DNA of 64,000 nt from a virus (taxonomy: Duplodnaviria; Caudoviricetes). Below, piece by piece: positions 18,008 to 25,029 of this stretch. The notes below the pieces were generated by a model. It saw nothing but the letters and a program-made list of their open reading frames with translations. It made no database searches and was not told the origin of the DNA. Made by a program: the position numbers and the translations under genes. The DNA is taken from positions 12,008-76,007 of the IMG/VR virus record IMGVR_UViG_3300021387_000109; one strand, written 5' to 3'. Every line of letters begins with the position of its first letter. Position 1 is the stretch's first letter.

Positions 18008-18125
18008 AGCGCTTACTCCGATTAACCCTTAACCGACCAATGATTAACCCTCTTCGCCTGCTCGATTCTAGAAAGAGCAGAGACCCTCTACAGACAAGGC
18101 CAGTCTGTAGGGGGTTTTATTTTTT
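18007..18125 (+). ncRNA. Candidate pre-early small RNA (about 115 nt)
   Basis: Lies between promoter P5 and a strong terminator with no SD-led ORF; GATTAACCCT x2; CTGCTC/GAGCAG hairpin. Confidence 0.55.
18083..18125 (+). terminator. Rho-independent terminator
   Basis: ACCCTCTACAGAC/GTCTGTAGGGGGT stem plus T-rich tail. Confidence 0.85.
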
Positions 18126-18130
18126 CTCTA

Positions 18131-18150
18131 AGTCCTGACGGACTCAATTG
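18131..18150 (+). promoter_or_regulatory. vRNAP hairpin promoter P6 (predicted +1 G18150)
   Basis: AGTCC-TGAC-GGACT-CAATT-G. Confidence 0.8.
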
Positions 18151-18172
18151 ACATTTACTTTTGGAGGTTATC

Positions 18173-18583
18173 ATGTCTTATCGTCTTTGTGTTGCTGGTT
18201 CTCGTAACTTCAACAACGTTCAACTCGCTGAAGAGGTTCTGAGCCAAGTGTTCAACTTCATTGCCAAGAAGCATGGTGATGCCATCACCATTATCTCTGG
18301 AGGTGCCAAGGGCGCTGACTCCGTTGGAGAGTTGGTGGCTCATAAGCACCACTACGACATTGAACGCTATCTTCCCGATTGGGATAGGTATGGCAAGAGT
18401 GCTGGTTACAAGCGTAATCAGTCGATGTGTGCAGCCAGTAATGGCTGTGTGGTGTTCTGGGATGGTTCCAGTAGAGGGAGTCATCACATGATCGACATCT
18501 GCCGTAAGGCAGGTAAGCCGATCATGGTGGTTGACATGAACGGAAGTGTCATGGACGTGTCCAAGATTCCGTTCCTGTCGTGA
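18173..18583 (+). CDS. SLOG-superfamily protein (YspA/DUF2493-like)
   Basis: VAGSR, ISGGAKGAD, DWDRYGKSAGYKRNQSM, FWDGSSRGSHHMI; GGAGG SD before ATG 18173. Confidence 0.88.
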   Translation: MSYRLCVAGSRNFNNVQLAEEVLSQVFNFIAKKHGDAITIISGGAKGADSVGELVAHKHHYDIERYLPDWDRYGKSAGYKRNQSMCAASNGCVVFWDGSSRGSHHMIDICRKAGKPIMVVDMNGSVMDVSKIPFLS

Positions 18584-18589
18584 AGAGTT

Positions 18590-18630
18590 AGGAGCCAGAG
18601 CATGTGGTGTGCTCTGGTTCCTGCTTTTTT
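18590..18630 (+). terminator. Rho-independent terminator
   Basis: GGAGCCAGAGCA/TGCTCTGGTTCC stem plus T6. Confidence 0.7.
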
Positions 18631-18645
18631 AATAGGTAAATAGTC

Positions 18646-19053
18646 ATGAAGTTTAGAGATATTTATTGGTTCTTGAGCAATTTCTATCCTTGCAGGATTA
18701 CTTTCAATGGACATACATATTTATGTGCTGAAGCGGCATATCAAGCACAGAAATGTCCTGAAAGAGCCATAGAATTTATTAGTCTGAATGGTCTTCAGGC
18801 CAAAAGATTGGGTAGGCATGTTGCAATGGCTAAAGACTTTAATGAGCACAAGGTATACATCATGTATCAGGTGCTTTATTACAAGTTCACTCAGAATCCT
18901 GCTTTAAAAGATAAATTGCTTGGTACTCATGATCTATATCTGCAAGAGGACAATACATGGCATGACACCTATTGGGGTGTTTGCAATGGTATTGGACAAA
19001 ATGTGCTTGGCAGATTGCTCATGTGTGTTCGAGACGATTTAAAACACATCTAA
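18646..19053 (+). CDS. NADAR family ADP-ribose hydrolase (YbiA-like)
   Basis: FLSNFYP, AEAAYQAQK, KFTQN..L...LL.T, DTYWG, GQNVLGRLLM.VR. Confidence 0.92.
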   Translation: MKFRDIYWFLSNFYPCRITFNGHTYLCAEAAYQAQKCPERAIEFISLNGLQAKRLGRHVAMAKDFNEHKVYIMYQVLYYKFTQNPALKDKLLGTHDLYLQEDNTWHDTYWGVCNGIGQNVLGRLLMCVRDDLKHI

Positions 19054-19062
19054 TTCCTATAT

Positions 19063-19081
19063 GCCCTGGCGGGCTTATATG
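19063..19081 (+). promoter_or_regulatory. vRNAP hairpin promoter P7 (predicted +1 G19081)
   Basis: GCCC-TGGC-GGGC-TTATAT-G; template loop GCCA; same loop-to-G spacing as P1-P6. Confidence 0.65.
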
Positions 19082-19108
19082 GCAAAACTAACCCAAAAGG
19101 AGACAATC

Positions 19109-19624
19109 ATGCGTGATTCCAACGCTATCCAGATGCCTGTTCCCACTTCCACTGTTTCCGTTCCCACCACCACCTCTAACAAGAAGTTGACCCAGAAATG
19201 GATTAACTTCGGCATCGTTTACGACAAGAACAACCTTGAAACCTCTGATGCAGGATTCTGTGCTGCTGGGTACGGAACTCCTGCGGATGACCTTGAGGCT
19301 CTTCGCAAGAAACTTGTTAGAGGTACGAAGCAGAGCAGAGCAGTCTACAACGGACTGGTGAACATGCATCAGTACTATACCAATCTTCTTAAGGAAGGTG
19401 GTCAGTCTGAATATCAGATTATCGGGTCTCTTACTCCCGAATCTGAAAGAAAGGCTGCTGTTGAAGAAATTCTCAACAATAACCACATTTCTGAAGAACT
19501 CAAGGCTCAGATCTTGAGTGCGGCATTCCCTGAAGGTCCGAAGTGGGCTATTCAGTATCACAGACAAGGGATCAAACAGGAATCTGAGGATTCTTCGTTT
19601 GTTATTCCTACCAATCGTCTTTAA
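19109..19624 (+). CDS. N4 gp2-like ssDNA-binding RNAP II activator, paralog A
   Basis: QKWINFG, GTPADDLEAL, EGGQSEYQII, AIQYHR align by eye to gp2-family QFWLNIG, GIPLD, EPGEE..I, VQLRR; AAGGAG SD before ATG 19109. Confidence 0.6.
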   Translation: MRDSNAIQMPVPTSTVSVPTTTSNKKLTQKWINFGIVYDKNNLETSDAGFCAAGYGTPADDLEALRKKLVRGTKQSRAVYNGLVNMHQYYTNLLKEGGQSEYQIIGSLTPESERKAAVEEILNNNHISEELKAQILSAAFPEGPKWAIQYHRQGIKQESEDSSFVIPTNRL

Positions 19625-19635
19625 AAAGGAGCAAT

Positions 19636-21807
19636 ATGCTTAAGGAAATTTTCGAAAGCATGAAGGCAAGTGATTCCCTTCAAGAGGTGCAGGTCAAGAA
19701 CGAACAGACCTACGCCAATGTTAATTACTTGCCCTTCGCTGAAGAGGCTCTTTGGAAGAACAATCCGATGCTGAAGGACTACATTAAGTCCATCAGCAAT
19801 GGAGAAACTGAAGAAAAGTTCTTCAACAAACTGGTTCTTCAGATGGCACTTCAGAAGTGCGCTGACCTCAATACTCTCTGGGGTATCATGAGGACAGGTT
19901 ATTCTGAAAACAAGAACCAGTGGGTTCTTGACCTCATCAAGAGAGGTCTTGAAGCGAATCTCATGAGCCTGTCCAGCAATGGCAAGTTCATGTACCGCTA
20001 TGCTATCGGTGAAGAGGAAGAACGTGTTCTTGATGCGTTCTTCTATCCTCTGCCCTCTGTTGTGCCCATGAAGAAACTTAAGAGCAATTTTGATACCGGT
20101 TATCAGACTCTCAAGGGTCATGGACTGGTGTTGAACAGCACTGACCTTACTAAAGATCAGGATATCTGCCTTGATGTTCTCAACAATTTCCAGTCCATGA
20201 CTTTCAAAGTCAATGAGACTGTGTTGAACAATGTTAATCCCGCTTGGGATTTCGTTAGCACTCAGAAAGCAACTGAGAGTTACGAAACCTACAAGAGCAG
20301 GGTTGACCAGTTCGTGAAGTTTGAAGAGCAGTCTAAGGCTGTTCTTGAGGCACTCAAAGGACTTCCGCTTCATCTCACCGCAGAGTGGGACAAGCGTGGA
20401 AGGCTCTACGACATGGGATATCACTTCCACATCCAGTCCAAGGAATGGACTAAAGCCGCTGTAGACTTCTACATTGGCTTGCCCATCCTGAACCAGATTC
20501 ATGAAGCCAAGGGTTTCAAGGGACAGCAGTTCTCTGACATGGATTACCTGCGCATTGACATTGCAGGCTCTTTCGGTCTTGACAAGAAGACTTGGAAAGA
20601 ACGTATTGCATGGACAATGCAGCATGAAGAAGCAGGTGATCTTCTGTCTAAGGAACTCCTGTCTCAGGCTGAATCCCTTCCGCTGTACATGGCTGGTGTT
20701 CAGGCTCTAATGGATGCCAAGGCAGGCAAAGAGGTTCACTATGCAGTTAACCTCGATGCAACTGCTTCTGGTACTCAGATTCTTGGTACCCTGCTTGGTG
20801 ATGAGCAGGCCATGATGATCTGCAACGTACTTCCTGTTGCTGATCAGAGTGGTGAAGTGATGCGTCAAGATTCGTATACCATCATTCACAAGAGCGTAAT
20901 GCAACTCTTGGGTGGAGCGAATGTCATGACGTACTTTGATCCAGACCTTAATGGAATGGGTCAACGTGCCATGCCTGTATCCAGAGCACATGCCAAGTGT
21001 GCGGTGATGCGTTCCTTCTATGGATCTGAACTGATCATTGATCAGGTCTATGGAGAGGATTCTCCTGCATCTCGGGCATTCTGTCAGGCAATGGAGATTC
21101 ATGCTCCGTATGCCTGGGCATTCAACAGTGCCATGCTCGATGCCTGGGACCCTCAGGCAACTGAGTATAACTGGACGATGCCAGATGGCTTCGAGGTGCA
21201 TATCCCTGTTGAAGGTCAAGTTGCTGTTGACCTGATGTGGGGTGATACGCCTGTCACGCTCACTTATGTCAAGAGTGGCATCACCAAGAAGAAGGGACGT
21301 GCTCTTAGTGCAAACTATACGCACTCCTTCGATGCTCTGGTTCTCAGAGAGATGTATCGCCGTTGCCATTACAATCAAGGCATGGTGAACTACGTCAATG
21401 GTGTGCTTGATGGAAAGATCACCAAGGGTAATGCAACTTTGGAACAGAAGGCTCTTTGTGCAAGACTTGCAATTCTTGCCAAAGAGAGTGGGTTCCTTAG
21501 TGCAAGAATCCTTGAGTGTATCAATCCTGATACCATGTCCATTCTCACTGGACTTGAAAGCAAGATCAAAGATCTCATTGCATCTCTGCCCTCTGAGCCG
21601 TTTGAGATCATGAGCATCCACGATTGCTTCAGGTGCCTGCCTCGCTACGGCAATGACGTGCGGTATCAGTACACGAAACTCCTGTCCGAACTGAACAAGA
21701 GCAAGTGTGCTCGATTCGTCTGTGCCCAGATCAGCCCCAGACTCGTTATCAGTGATCCTGTTGACGTATCTGAGGAAATCCTTGAAGCCAATTACGCTTT
21801 GTCGTAA
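19636..21807 (+). CDS. Middle RNA polymerase (RNAP II), gp15-like and gp16-like halves fused in one 723-aa ORF
   Basis: gp15-like FYPLPSVVP, NFDTGY, DICLD, WDKRGR.Y; gp16-like YLRIDIA..FGLDK..W.ERI, LDATASG.Q (motif A), R..AK..VM..FYGS (motif B), IHDCF (motif C); no stop between. Confidence 0.92.
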   Translation: MLKEIFESMKASDSLQEVQVKNEQTYANVNYLPFAEEALWKNNPMLKDYIKSISNGETEEKFFNKLVLQMALQKCADLNTLWGIMRTGYSENKNQWVLDLIKRGLEANLMSLSSNGKFMYRYAIGEEEERVLDAFFYPLPSVVPMKKLKSNFDTGYQTLKGHGLVLNSTDLTKDQDICLDVLNNFQSMTFKVNETVLNNVNPAWDFVSTQKATESYETYKSRVDQFVKFEEQSKAVLEALKGLPLHLTAEWDKRGRLYDMGYHFHIQSKEWTKAAVDFYIGLPILNQIHEAKGFKGQQFSDMDYLRIDIAGSFGLDKKTWKERIAWTMQHEEAGDLLSKELLSQAESLPLYMAGVQALMDAKAGKEVHYAVNLDATASGTQILGTLLGDEQAMMICNVLPVADQSGEVMRQDSYTIIHKSVMQLLGGANVMTYFDPDLNGMGQRAMPVSRAHAKCAVMRSFYGSELIIDQVYGEDSPASRAFCQAMEIHAPYAWAFNSAMLDAWDPQATEYNWTMPDGFEVHIPVEGQVAVDLMWGDTPVTLTYVKSGITKKKGRALSANYTHSFDALVLREMYRRCHYNQGMVNYVNGVLDGKITKGNATLEQKALCARLAILAKESGFLSARILECINPDTMSILTGLESKIKDLIASLPSEPFEIMSIHDCFRCLPRYGNDVRYQYTKLLSELNKSKCARFVCAQISPRLVISDPVDVSEEILEANYALS

Positions 21808-21815
21808 CTGACTAG

Positions 21816-21855
21816 CCCTTGGGAGACTTCGGTCTCTCAAGGGTATTTTTTTTTT
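21816..21855 (+). terminator. Rho-independent terminator (C-UUCG-G loop)
   Basis: CCCTTGGGAGAC-TTCG-GTCTCTCAAGGG plus long T-run. Confidence 0.9.
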
Positions 21856-21918
21856 CTTCCAGATTTCTAAAAGATTTCGCAGTCTTGGGTTGGAATCTAT
21901 TTTTCTTTCAGATTTCTT

Positions 21919-21938
21919 TGCCGCTTCGCGGCATTTTG
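21919..21938 (+). promoter_or_regulatory. vRNAP hairpin promoter P8, triloop type (predicted +1 G21938)
   Basis: TGCCGC-TTC-GCGGCA-TTTT-G; template loop C-GAA-G as in N4; same 10 nt loop-to-G spacing as P1-P7. Confidence 0.65.
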
Positions 21939-22018
21939 GCAATAGTCACTTTCAACCGATTTCGCAGCTTTGGAACGGGAAGTGATTTTGCTTCTCAAAC
22001 TTAAAGGAGATTTTTATA

Positions 22019-22503
22019 TGCGTACCGATGCACAGATTAACGAAGCGATGGCTACTCTTCAGGCAGTTTTCGGCAAGCCTGCTGTTCCTGCGACCGCACC
22101 TATGACAGTCACTGAAAAGAAGGCATCTCAGTACTGGGCGCATCTTGGTTTTATTACGAACCTTGATCTGCTTCAGGAACATAACATCAAGGGTTTGACC
22201 TATCTCTTTGAGAGTGGTTTCCCTGTTGATGGTATTAAGGACAAGCTTGAGAACTTCTCAACCAATGAAGAAGCCGTTGAGTATAACGAGCAGATTGGTC
22301 TGAAGAACGGAATCCGAGCTGATATTATTGCAGCTATGGCTGATCTTGAGTGTGGTGACTTCAAGGCTGTCGCACTTACGGATGATCCTGCTAACGGAGA
22401 TCCCATTCTTGTGATTCGTAGGCTTGATCCGAACAACAAGAGAGCTGAGATTAATCTCAAGAAGACTCTGAGTATGCGTACTCAGGCTCGCAAGACCTTC
22501 TAG
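22019..22503 (+). CDS. N4 gp2-like ssDNA-binding RNAP II activator, paralog B
   Basis: KASQYWAHLG, SGFPVDG, DLECGD, LVIRRL align to gp2-family motifs; AAAGGAG SD before ATG 22019. Confidence 0.65.
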
Positions 22504-22510
22504 TTAATCC

Positions 22511-22551
22511 AAGGGGAAGTAGATTAATTTCTACTTTCCCCTTATTCTTTT
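22511..22551 (+). terminator. Rho-independent terminator
   Basis: AAGGGGAAGTAGA/TCTACTTTCCCCTT stem. Confidence 0.8.
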
Positions 22552-22562
22552 AAGGAATAGTC

Positions 22563-22835
22563 ATGAATATTGCAAATAGTATTTATGAGGTTGCAAAGAA
22601 TCTTGATCCAGACAGCAAGAAGGCCATGCTTAAGGCTATGTGTGCTGGAACCAAAGTTCTTGTTGGACCCAAGAAGTACAAGGTCATTATCTTTCCAGAT
22701 GGATCTGCAATTGATGTCATCCGTGTAAACGGAGAGAAAGTCCATTCTGTGCTTACAGATAAAGAGGCTTTGATTGCCAGCTGCTGGATGGCTGAAGCAA
22801 GAACTATTCTTGATGACATTTCAGACCTCTTTTAA
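22563..22835 (+). CDS. Hypothetical protein (90 aa)
   Basis: AAGGA SD, ORF track. Confidence 0.75.
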   Translation: MNIANSIYEVAKNLDPDSKKAMLKAMCAGTKVLVGPKKYKVIIFPDGSAIDVIRVNGEKVHSVLTDKEALIASCWMAEARTILDDISDLF

Positions 22836-22844
22836 CTACCTAAT

Positions 22845-23140
22845 TTTGCATTGAGAAGAATTGAAAAGGCAGATAGTATCTGTCTTTCTAGTGGATAACT
22901 CACCGCTACTCATAGAGTAGTTTTATTAACTCCACTAGGTAACAGAAAATGCTCTTCTTAAAACTTATATGCGCTGTGTTTTTGTTAGGGTTCAAAGTTC
23001 TATTAGAACGATTCATCCTTCCAAATCTCACAAGAGCCATTAAAGTCTTTTAGAACTCTTAAATCTGTAAAGGTTTAAGAGATTTTCTTTACCTTTGCGG
23101 ATTGAGTTATAGGCGGGGCTTTATGCCCTGCCTTTTCTTT
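22845..23140 (+). ncRNA. Candidate structured ncRNA (about 290 nt) ending in a terminator
   Basis: ORF-free; hairpins at 22863-22888, 22888-22938 (inner 22906-22920), alternative pairings at 23054-23108; terminator 23111-23140. Confidence 0.5.
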
Positions 23141-23158
23141 TCTTTAAAGGAGACAGCC

Positions 23159-23215
23159 ATGATTGTTTATCCGGATTGGATGGGAGATGATTATTCTGAG
23201 AATAGTTTTCCGTAG
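23159..23215 (+). CDS. 18-aa micropeptide MIVYPDWMGDDYSENSFP
   Basis: AAAGGAG SD at good spacing; sits between two terminator-like hairpins. Confidence 0.45.
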   Translation: MIVYPDWMGDDYSENSFP

Positions 23216-23242
23216 AATTAATAAAGCCCTCAATAGAGGGCT

Positions 23243-23305
23243 TATTTATTAGTGTTCGGTGGTAGAGTTTTGCTCCTATTGGCTACTGTCGAACACTAAT
23301 AAATA
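23243..23305 (+). ncRNA. 23 bp hairpin with 17 nt loop containing CTCCTA (sRNA or RNase III site)
   Basis: TATTTATTAGTGTTCGGTGGTAG pairs with CTACTGTCGAACACTAATAAATA; three G-U pairs favour a plus-strand RNA. Confidence 0.55.
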
Positions 23306-23323
23306 ACTATTTTGGAGATAGTC

Positions 23324-23584
23324 ATGTCTAGATCCTTTAGATCTATACCTGTTGCCAAATGGCACAGGCATCATAATAAAAATACGCTACTGCGTAAGAT
23401 AATTCGAGCCAAAGATAGAATGAGATTAATCAAGGCAATTAAGGAAGAAAATCTAGACTCCTATATTCCTGCAACTCTTTTAGATGTAGGAGAGCGCTTT
23501 GATGATCCAATTTTACGTTCGCCAAGAAGTTTAGAAATTTGGTGTACAGAATTTAAAGATTTGGCAATCCTTTGCCGCAAATAG
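23324..23584 (+). CDS. Basic hypothetical protein (MSRSF-type)
   Basis: GGAG SD before ATG 23324. Confidence 0.7.
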   Translation: MSRSFRSIPVAKWHRHHNKNTLLRKIIRAKDRMRLIKAIKEENLDSYIPATLLDVGERFDDPILRSPRSLEIWCTEFKDLAILCRK

Positions 23585-23593
23585 GAGATAGTC

Positions 23594-23776
23594 ATGGATA
23601 TTCCTGTCTACCCATCAAAAGAAGCAGAAGAACTTGCTCGTGAATATGAAGAGCAAGAATTTGCCATTCTCGTAGTTAAGGGTCATCTGACCCGAGATGA
23701 ATTCAAAACCCTCACTGGAAAGTCCTTTGAGGATTATTTAAAGGAAATCGAGGAGATTGACGATGATCCTGTGTAA
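23594..23776 (+). CDS. Hypothetical protein (60 aa)
   Basis: AGGAG SD. Confidence 0.75.
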   Translation: MDIPVYPSKEAEELAREYEEQEFAILVVKGHLTRDEFKTLTGKSFEDYLKEIEEIDDDPV

Positions 23777-24104
23777 TAGCTTTTCAATCAACATGCTGCC
23801 TAAATTCATTGGGGCATGTGATATTCATATTGAATCCATTAGCAAGGAAGGAGCAATGAGTTTAACTCATGCTGCTCAGATTAATGGAAAACTAAAGTCC
23901 ATTATTGGGCATCCAGACATTGCAAAGATTGTCCAGAATGAACTTCAACTTGATATGGATCTCTTTAATCGAGAGACTTTCAAATGGACTGAAAAGACTG
24001 AGAACCTTTTAGTAGCTCAGTATATGGGTGAGAGACTTCCTGAAGGAACCAGAACTCTTCCTACTGGTTCAATTATCATTTACTATCTGGTGATGCGAAA
24101 ATGA
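23763..24104 (+). CDS. AcrIII-1 / DUF1874 (STIV B116, YddF-like) ring nuclease homolog
   Basis: ILCNSFSINML, SIIGHPDIAKIV (GH motif), NRE, LLVAQYMGERLPEG..TLP; AGGAG SD before ATG 23763. Confidence 0.8.
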   Translation: MILCNSFSINMLPKFIGACDIHIESISKEGAMSLTHAAQINGKLKSIIGHPDIAKIVQNELQLDMDLFNRETFKWTEKTENLLVAQYMGERLPEGTRTLPTGSIIIYYLVMRK

Positions 24105-24406
24105 TTGATTTAAGAATTTCATCCTATTCCCGAGTAGTTCAGTTCCTGAAGAAGAGAGGTTTTGAGTTTAATACCATTACCTTTCCTATGAAAGATTGCA
24201 TGAACATTGGGAGATATAAGCAACAGTTCTCTCTTTGCTTGACTTACAGTGTTGAAGGAATTCAACATGTATATATCAACATTAAATGGAAATCTCAACA
24301 TGGCCCAATCATAGTTGATAGAGTCATTCCTGTTGCTTTAAGGAGAGGTATGACTCTCAAAGAGATCTGTTTACGTGCTCTATTTAATCTCATGGTGAAT
24401 GAATGA
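24101..24406 (+). CDS. Hypothetical protein (101 aa)
   Basis: ATGA overlap coupling with neighbours. Confidence 0.65.
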   Translation: MIDLRISSYSRVVQFLKKRGFEFNTITFPMKDCMNIGRYKQQFSLCLTYSVEGIQHVYINIKWKSQHGPIIVDRVIPVALRRGMTLKEICLRALFNLMVNE

Positions 24407-24717
24407 CAGAAAGAAAATTCTTTCAAGTTTCCTTTGGAAATAAGAAAATTATCATCTATTCCAAAGTGATCGGAGAAGGGTATGAAGCAATATTTGAGCA
24501 TGAAGGAATACTCTGTTTTGCTTCTGTTATTAATCTTTCAGATCATGTACTCTATAAGGAAGGAAATATAGAGTGTATGATCTTTCCAATTGATCCCAAC
24601 ACTCATGAAATAGATTTTGGAACTGAACTATACATTAATAGAACAGATTCCAAAGATATGCTTTGGTTTATTAAACAATGTATTGACGACTTTACGGAGG
24701 AATATCATGCGTCTTGA
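24403..24717 (+). CDS. Hypothetical protein (104 aa)
   Basis: ATGA overlap coupling. Confidence 0.7.
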   Translation: MTERKFFQVSFGNKKIIIYSKVIGEGYEAIFEHEGILCFASVINLSDHVLYKEGNIECMIFPIDPNTHEIDFGTELYINRTDSKDMLWFIKQCIDDFTEEYHAS

Positions 24718-24901
24718 CATTCAGACATCAGATGAAACCAATGTTCATATTGACATTGATACTGATGAACTTAAGTTGCTTCTTGAACATAAGGAATGGC
24801 TTATTGCCAATAAAGAAAAAGCAGCTGAGTTCAGTATGAACCAGATTGCTTTGCTCAGAAGTCTGTTTGAAGTTTTGAGTGCCGAAAAGTCTTCTAAGTA
24901 A
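24707..24901 (+). CDS. Hypothetical protein (64 aa)
   Basis: GGAGG SD before ATG 24707 (start corrected). Confidence 0.7.
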   Translation: MRLDIQTSDETNVHIDIDTDELKLLLEHKEWLIANKEKAAEFSMNQIALLRSLFEVLSAEKSSK

Positions 24902-24929
24902 GCATAAAACCCCTCATCATTAGAGGGGT

Positions 24930-25010
24930 TATTTATTAGCATCCAGATAGACTTTGCTTCGTTTGATGTTCCTTCTATCCTTGTTCGTTTTATCTGGGTG
25001 CTAATAAATA
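24930..25010 (+). ncRNA. 20 bp hairpin with 41 nt pyrimidine-rich loop (sRNA or RNase III site)
   Basis: TATTTATTAGCATCCAGATA pairs with TATCTGGGTGCTAATAAATA; same outer arms and context as 23243-23305. Confidence 0.55.
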
Positions 25011-25029
25011 ATCACAAAAGGAGATTGTT

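Noticed and set aside
16429-19081. Repeated hairpin motif as a CRISPR or REP-type repeat
   Set aside because: Irregular spacing, covarying stems and fixed position before genes identify them as promoters; there is no repeat-spacer array or cas gene
19621-21942. Long minus-strand ORFs (334 aa and 411 aa) opposite RNAP II
   Set aside because: Antisense shadows of a GC-richer gene with biased codons; no SD, no motifs, opposite to the local transcription direction
22845-23140. tmRNA, RNase P or 6S assignment for the structured regions here and at 31531-32290
   Set aside because: No alanyl acceptor with G3-U70, no GAGGAAAGUCC core and no 6S central bubble recognised
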